Assembly: GCA_022605425.2 (NCBI GenBank) | Contig: CM061247.1 | Span: 62,001 to 126,000, forward strand | Direction of reading: 5' to 3' | Source: Hamiltosporidium tvaerminnensis FI-OER-3-3 | Lineage: Eukaryota; Fungi; Microsporidia | DNA: 64,000 bases | Shown: positions 62,540 through 64,000 of the stretch, piece after piece | Layout of the letters: the number at the start of each line of letters is the position of its first letter | Position numbering within the stretch: the stretch's first letter is position 1 | Program-made: the position numbers and the translations under genes | The notes under the pieces: model-generated | What the model was told of the DNA's origin: nothing | The model's input: only the letters and a program-made list of their open reading frames with translations | The model's database searches: none

Positions 62540-62771
62540 TTTCCCACCATTCCGGGAGCAGAAAAGCTTGGAGTATTCTCTGCTTGTCTAAGAGGCAACT
62601 AAAAGGAACTGGTCTTCCGGGTTGGGCGTAGGGCTAAATACCTACCCTTTAAAACTACATTTTTACGAAACTCGAAAAAGAAACAAAACCACTGGAAAAA
62701 GACCGGTGGGTGGTATTACTGATAGCGGTCAAGGCTCGTGCAAGGTTTTAGTGACAAAGATAATAATAACG
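62540..62771 (+). mobile_element. RTE-derived short internally deleted element, copy 3
   Basis: Homologous to copies 1 and 2; AAGAATAT direct repeat at 62532-62539 and 62776-62783; (TAA)n tail. Confidence 0.85.
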
Positions 62772-63426
62772 ATACAAGAATATATAATCTATAGCATAAA
62801 AAAAGTTGTGGAAACCGTAATTTTAATTTTATAAAGAAGAATGAAGACAAGACAAAATACTAACTTACGACAAGAAAGAGTATACAGAGATGTCGTTAAA
62901 CCAGCAAAAATGTACAAACAATATATAAATCCTTACATTTTATGTTAAGTACGCATAAAATGGTAAGAAAGCAGAGAATAAATTTATTTAGCTTCAATCT
63001 GCAGATATAAAAACCGAAACCAAAGTATTAGACTACAGATATTAAAAGATACGGATAATAAGACGAGTAAAGAGGTATATAAAGTCATTTAAAACAAATA
63101 TAATATTTTTTTTATAAAATTTATTTCGATTTATTGCAAACAAAATTTTTTTTGATTTTCAAATTTTCAAATTTTTAATTCTAATTTATTAAATAAATTC
63201 TTATTTGAATCGTTATTAAACTAAAATAAAAATTAAAAATTCCTCTTTTTTATTTCCTGAATTAATAGTAGAAATATTCTTATTAATTCTACAAAATAAA
63301 TAAATTACTATCGAGACTAAATTTAGCTGTTTTTAATATTTGGAGTTCTAAGATCAAAAAAGAAAACTTTATATTGTTTAATTTTAAATCTATAAAATAG
63401 AAAATTATTTTTAACGTTTTTTTATT

Positions 63427-64000
63427 TTAAAGTTCGCCTAAACTAAAAATCTCTGAACTTGCTTTTATCGCTTCAGAAAAAACATATTTTGGCATTATTT
63501 TGCAGGTTTTTAGAAAACATCTATCACATATTACAACACTTTCTCCAATTATAGAATCTTGAATTAAACAATTTTCTCCGATCTTTGTATTATCAAGAAT
63601 AATACTTGAAAGAATTCTCGTTCCTTTCCCTATTCTACAATTATTTCCAATTATAGAATTATATAAATAGAAATCACCAGGTAAAAATTTTTTACCCACA
63701 ATATTTCGAACATCTTCATTTTGATCTTTAAAAGATATTTTTTTAAGAGTTTGTCTGCAACAATTTTTATACTCAAATATTTCACCTTCTCCATTTAATA
63801 TCCATTGTGGTATAAAACTAGATTGTTTCTTTGCCAAAGATGCTTTTATAAATGCTTCAATAGAATTTATTTGAAAATAATATCCACTATCAACTCTCAT
63901 AACCTTGACTGGGCATTTTTCTCTTAAATTTTCTATTAAAAATGGCAGAAAACTTGCTTTGAAGCTAAAAAATGACTCTTCGTATTCCAATAAACTTTTA
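63427..64000 (-). CDS. eIF2B gamma/epsilon-like subunit (C-terminal left-handed beta-helix), 5'-partial
   Basis: Hexapeptide repeats NSIIGNNCRIGKGTRILSSIILDNTKIGENCLIQDSIIG; frame open to the window end. Confidence 0.7.
   Translation of the reverse strand, partial: KSLLEYEESFFSFKASFLPFLIENLREKCPVKVMRVDSGYYFQINSIEAFIKASLAKKQSSFIPQWILNGEGEIFEYKNCCRQTLKKISFKDQNEDVRNIVGKKFLPGDFYLYNSIIGNNCRIGKGTRILSSIILDNTKIGENCLIQDSIIGESVVICDRCFLKTCKIMPKYVFSEAIKASSEIFSLGEL

Overview
Very AT-rich, gene-sparse eukaryotic DNA, most consistent with a large-genome microsporidian (Hamiltosporidium-like; inference). Supporting signs are short divergent housekeeping genes, CCC/GGG-like motifs just before the ATG, a 21-nt GTAAGT..CTAAT.TAG intron, an expanded M48 peptidase family, an LRR-like gene and GGGTGTTAA low-complexity repeats. 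About 19 protein genes are supported: proteasome alpha5, two signal-peptide USP deubiquitinases, an LRR-like protein, an SR-like RRM protein, PHS1, OST3/6-like, an APT1-like thioesterase, symplekin, two M48 peptidases, PRP31, IPA1/HECT_2, DPM3-like, an AP sigma chain, a partial eIF2B LbH subunit and several membrane proteins. The ORF track misses several things: (i) a compact SRP RNA gene at ~23.9-24.1 kb; (ii) a two-intron membrane-protein gene whose 244-nt intron is a fold-back of GGGTGTTAA repeats; (iii) six dispersed copies of an unidentified ~700-bp non-coding element with compensatory base changes in its stems; (iv) three ~240-bp RTE-derived internally deleted SINE-like elements with TSDs and a possibly ribozyme-like 5' structure, plus an RTE 3' fragment; (v) many decayed RLE-type non-LTR retrotransposon remnants; (vi) recurrent 64-80 bp tandem duplications. 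All assignments come from reading the sequence by eye; no searches were run.
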